Origin: an uncultured Candidatus Saccharibacteria bacterium
GTDB lineage: Bacteria > Patescibacteriota > Saccharimonadia > Saccharimonadales > Saccharimonadaceae
Length of the DNA: 64,000 nt
Direction: 5' to 3'
Assembly: GCA_946997535.1 (NCBI GenBank)
Contig: CAMPVQ010000001.1
Span: 53,131-117,130, forward strand
Below the pieces are notes generated by a model. It was not told the DNA's origin, searched no databases, and worked only from the letters and a program-made list of their open reading frames with translations. The translations under genes were made by a program, and so were the position numbers. Position 1 is the first letter of the stretch; each line of letters opens with the position of its first letter. Below are positions 61,104-64,000 of this stretch, piece after piece.

Positions 61104-62912
61104 ATGCAAAGAACACTAGCAATTGAGAGTGTTAAACATGTCGGCGAGACCATCAAAGTCGCCGGCTGGGTCAACACAAGACGCGACCATGGTGGCGTTA
61201 TCTTCGTTGACCTTCGCGACCATACTGGTCTAGTACAGCTGGTCTTCAACTCAGACGACCCAGCTATGTTTAAAGATGCCGAGAGCCTCCGTGACGAATT
61301 TTGTATCAGCGCGGAAGGTCTAGTGCGTAATCGTGGCGCAGGGCTCGAAAACCCGCATATTCCAACTGGCACAGTGGAGGTTGTGGCTCAAAAATTAGAA
61401 ATTTTAAACCGTTCTGAGCCTTTACCAGTAGCCACTAAGGATGAAGGTCAACAATCAAGCGAGGAAATGCGGCTTAAATATCGCTTCCTCGACCTCCGTC
61501 GTCCAAGTATGCAAAAAATGATTAGTGAACGCGACCGTTTCTATCGTGTAATTCGACACTACATGGAAGACCACGACTTTACTGAGGTAGCTACACCAAT
61601 TCTCGCTAACTCTAGTCCAGAAGGCGCACGCGACTTCTTGATTCCATCGCGTCTTCGCCCTGGTCAGTTCTACGCCTTACCGCAGGCTCCACAACAGTTT
61701 AAGCAGCTGTTAATGGTTGGTGGTGTGCCAAAGTACTACCAAATTGCCGCCTGCTTCCGCGATGAAGACCCACGCGCCGACCGCCTCTATGGTGAATTTT
61801 ACCAGTTAGACCTTGAGATGAGCTTTGTTGACAAAGGTGAAACAGTTCGTCAGACTATCGAACCGTTAATTCTCAATCTTGCGCAAGACTTTGGTAGCAA
61901 AAAGCTAGTCAACACCTATCGCTCTGCCGACTTTACTTACACTAAACCAACCGACGTGCCGCGCATCCCGTACACCGTTGCAATGGAAACATACGGCACC
62001 GATAAACCTGACTTGCGTTACGGTATGCCGCTAGTTGAACTAACTGATGCACTAAAAAATACTAGCTTTGGTGTCTTTGCTAAGGCGGAATGTGTCAAGG
62101 CAATTTGTGTTAAAGGTGGCGCCGCAATGCCACGCAGCCAAATCGACCTCTTCACTGAGATGGCACGCAAAAATGGCGCTGGTGGTCTAGCCTACTTGAC
62201 CTACAAAAATAACGAGATTAAGAGTCCAATTGCTAAATTCCTCGCACCAGCTGAGCTTGATGAGATTACCAAGCGTACTGAAGCTACCGATGGTGACATT
62301 GTCTTCTTTGGCGCCGACAAACGCGACTTGGTCAATAAGGTGCTTGGCAAACTCCGCATTGCATTCGCTGACTACCAAGGTCTAAAACACGACGATGAAG
62401 TTGCCCTCTGCTGGATTACCGACTTCCCATTCTATGAATACGACGAGGCTAATAAGCGAGTTGACTTCGGCCACAACCCATTCTCGATGCCACGTGGCGG
62501 CTTAAAGGCGCTTACTGACGCCAAGACCGACGCGGATAAGCTCGCAATTGTCGCCGACCAATATGATATGGTAATGAATGGCTATGAAATTTGCTCGGGC
62601 GCAGTCCGCAATCACAACCCTGAGATTATGTATCAGGTATTTGGTCTGCTTGGCTACAACAAGGAATACGTCGATCAAAAATTCGGCGCAATGCTCAACG
62701 CCTTCCGCTTTGGCGCACCGCCGCATGCAGGTTGTGCCTTCGGCATCGACCGCATCTTCATGGTCATGGAAAACACCGACAATATCCGTGATATCGTCGC
62801 CTTCCCGAAGAATGGTTCTGGCATCGACCTCATGATGAGTTCACCGAATACCGTATTCAACTCTCAGCTCAAAGAACTTCACGTTGGTATTGTCGAAACC
62901 AACACCGACTAA
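61104..62912 (+). CDS. aspS: Aspartate--tRNA ligase (bacterial type)
   Basis: OB-fold N-domain, class II motifs FRDEDPRADR and GAPPHAGCAFGIDR, GAD insertion; 602 aa. Confidence 0.95.
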   Translation: MQRTLAIESVKHVGETIKVAGWVNTRRDHGGVIFVDLRDHTGLVQLVFNSDDPAMFKDAESLRDEFCISAEGLVRNRGAGLENPHIPTGTVEVVAQKLEILNRSEPLPVATKDEGQQSSEEMRLKYRFLDLRRPSMQKMISERDRFYRVIRHYMEDHDFTEVATPILANSSPEGARDFLIPSRLRPGQFYALPQAPQQFKQLLMVGGVPKYYQIAACFRDEDPRADRLYGEFYQLDLEMSFVDKGETVRQTIEPLILNLAQDFGSKKLVNTYRSADFTYTKPTDVPRIPYTVAMETYGTDKPDLRYGMPLVELTDALKNTSFGVFAKAECVKAICVKGGAAMPRSQIDLFTEMARKNGAGGLAYLTYKNNEIKSPIAKFLAPAELDEITKRTEATDGDIVFFGADKRDLVNKVLGKLRIAFADYQGLKHDDEVALCWITDFPFYEYDEANKRVDFGHNPFSMPRGGLKALTDAKTDADKLAIVADQYDMVMNGYEICSGAVRNHNPEIMYQVFGLLGYNKEYVDQKFGAMLNAFRFGAPPHAGCAFGIDRIFMVMENTDNIRDIVAFPKNGSGIDLMMSSPNTVFNSQLKELHVGIVETNTD

Positions 62913-62919
62913 ACCAAAA

Positions 62920-62945
62920 TCACCCCTGCAAAGGGGTGATTTTTA
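62920..62945 (+). terminator. Rho-independent terminator after aspS
   Basis: tcacccc-tgcaaa-ggggtga followed by TTTTT. Confidence 0.8.
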
Positions 62946-62949
62946 ATCT

Positions 62950-63588
62950 CTACTTTAGTTGGATAATTGCCAGCGAGGCTTGCAACCGAGGACCAGACTT
63001 AATTAAATTACGGTGCGCATTACACCATTCATCCACTGCCTGCCGCGCACCCGGCAAATGTTCATTGCCGTAATCGTCCACAACAATCGCAGCACCTGGC
63101 ATCCAACGACCAGCGCAAGCCGCAAAGCTATCTTTAATGCTGCCATAAAAATCACCATCAAAGTAAGCAAATGCAATCCGCTCCGGCACATCTCTCGGCG
63201 TTAAATCAGCAAACCAGCCCTTCTTTATCTCCGGCAAAGGCAGCCCAGCGCGTTTGAAGTTCTCTATTACTTCGCGCTTCGTGGCTTTTAGTTCGCCCCG
63301 TTTAAATTCTTGCCCTAACCCAGCGCGGTCTGCTGCAGTCTTATCTGGTAACCCATCAAACGAATCATAGATATATAGCTGACGCTGCGGAGCAATTGCG
63401 CGCAATAGGCGCATTAAAAACAAACTGGTCGTGCCTTTGTAGCAGCCAAATTCAACGACATCGCCCGCTACATCAGCCACAATCACCTGCTGCAATGCCG
63501 TCAAAATCAGCCTGATTTCCTCTGGGCTAACTTGGTCAGACACCAGCTGGTGTTGAGCGATTACTTTGGCTACATCAAATTTCATCAT
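62950..63588 (-). CDS. Class I SAM-dependent methyltransferase (TylF/MycF-like O-methyltransferase fold)
   Basis: VVEFGCYKGTTSLFL glycine-rich SAM motif; about 212 aa. Confidence 0.6.
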   Translation of the reverse strand: MMKFDVAKVIAQHQLVSDQVSPEEIRLILTALQQVIVADVAGDVVEFGCYKGTTSLFLMRLLRAIAPQRQLYIYDSFDGLPDKTAADRAGLGQEFKRGELKATKREVIENFKRAGLPLPEIKKGWFADLTPRDVPERIAFAYFDGDFYGSIKDSFAACAGRWMPGAAIVVDDYGNEHLPGARQAVDEWCNAHRNLIKSGPRLQASLAIIQLK

Positions 63589-64000
63589 TAAGCGTGAGTT
63601 TGCTCAATATCGGCGTGCATTTCTTCGCGTGACACCGCGCGGCCCTCGGCATCTACCTGATATTCAAGCACTGTACCAAATTTCATCTCAAAATGAGCAA
63701 TGTCAGCATCAGAAATACTGTCAATATACTTCACTAGTGCACGGATTGAATTGCCGTGCGCTACAAATAAGATATTTTCACCCTGCTGCAACTTACTAAC
63801 AATCTGTTCGCGATACCATGGCACTACACGATTATAGACATCGTGCAGGGTTTCACCATTTGGAATTGGCTCATCAAAATTACGGCGGATAGCATTAAAC
63901 TTCTCATCACCAACCTTAGCCTTGACATCCCACTTATTTAGCCCAGTGTAGTCACCATAATCGCGCTCGTTTAGTTCAGACACTGCCGTATAAGCTGGAT
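63588..64000 (-). CDS. gpmA: 2,3-bisphosphoglycerate-dependent phosphoglycerate mutase, C-terminal part; the gene continues past the window end
   Basis: SELNERDYGDYTGLNK and FVAHGNSIRALVKY motifs. 1-nt TAATG overlap with the downstream methyltransferase. Confidence 0.85.
   Translation of the reverse strand, partial: PAYTAVSELNERDYGDYTGLNKWDVKAKVGDEKFNAIRRNFDEPIPNGETLHDVYNRVVPWYREQIVSKLQQGENILFVAHGNSIRALVKYIDSISDADIAHFEMKFGTVLEYQVDAEGRAVSREEMHADIEQTHA

Overview
This 64 kb window is AT-rich and densely coding, and looks like core chromosome of a small-genome Gram-positive-type bacterium. Gene content and style fit a reduced-genome lineage such as Candidatus Saccharibacteria/CPR, but that is not proven. 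About 50 protein-coding genes lie mostly on the minus strand. They include nusB, leuS, ligA, htpX-lemA, clpP-tig, hisS, glgB, rarA, typA, uvrA, galE, sbcB, mltG-ruvX, an ftsA-like gene, udg, rpsO-pnp, ileS, aspS, a partial gpmA and a partial rnc. A complete heat-shock operon hrcA-grpE-dnaK-dnaJ is present. It carries two near-consensus CIRCE operators, one before hrcA and one before dnaK, plus a CIRCE-like hairpin between dnaK and dnaJ. I could fold 11 tRNA genes by hand, and all encode the 3' CCA. They are Ala-CGC, a Leu-CAA/Cys/Gly/Phe cluster, Leu-CAG, Leu-TAG, a Leu-GAG/Val-CAC pair and an Ala-GGC/Val-TAC pair. Several six-frame ORFs that overlap these tRNAs are artefacts. I see no transposase, integrase, phage genes or CRISPR array. 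The points most worth a second look are listed here. (1) A lipid-acquisition or remodelling cluster at 24.1-28.4 kb, made of CDP-alcohol phosphatidyltransferase, an orphan 397-aa Cys-rich protein, PlsC and acyl-CoA synthetase, with a second PlsC and an SDR at 44 kb. (2) An FtsA-like actin ATPase that is not followed by ftsZ but by a 648-aa acidic bitopic membrane protein. (3) A uracil-DNA glycosylase translationally coupled to a Q/N/Y/P-rich bitopic membrane protein. (4) A membrane-anchored DUF1524/HNH-type nuclease transcribed divergently from two small exported proteins across a palindromic AT-rich spacer. (5) tRNA-Gly and tRNA-Cys with non-canonical D-loop and T-loop positions. (6) Unannotated small ORFs, one a bL32-like basic peptide upstream of nusB and one a 33-aa ORF between ligA and its terminator.
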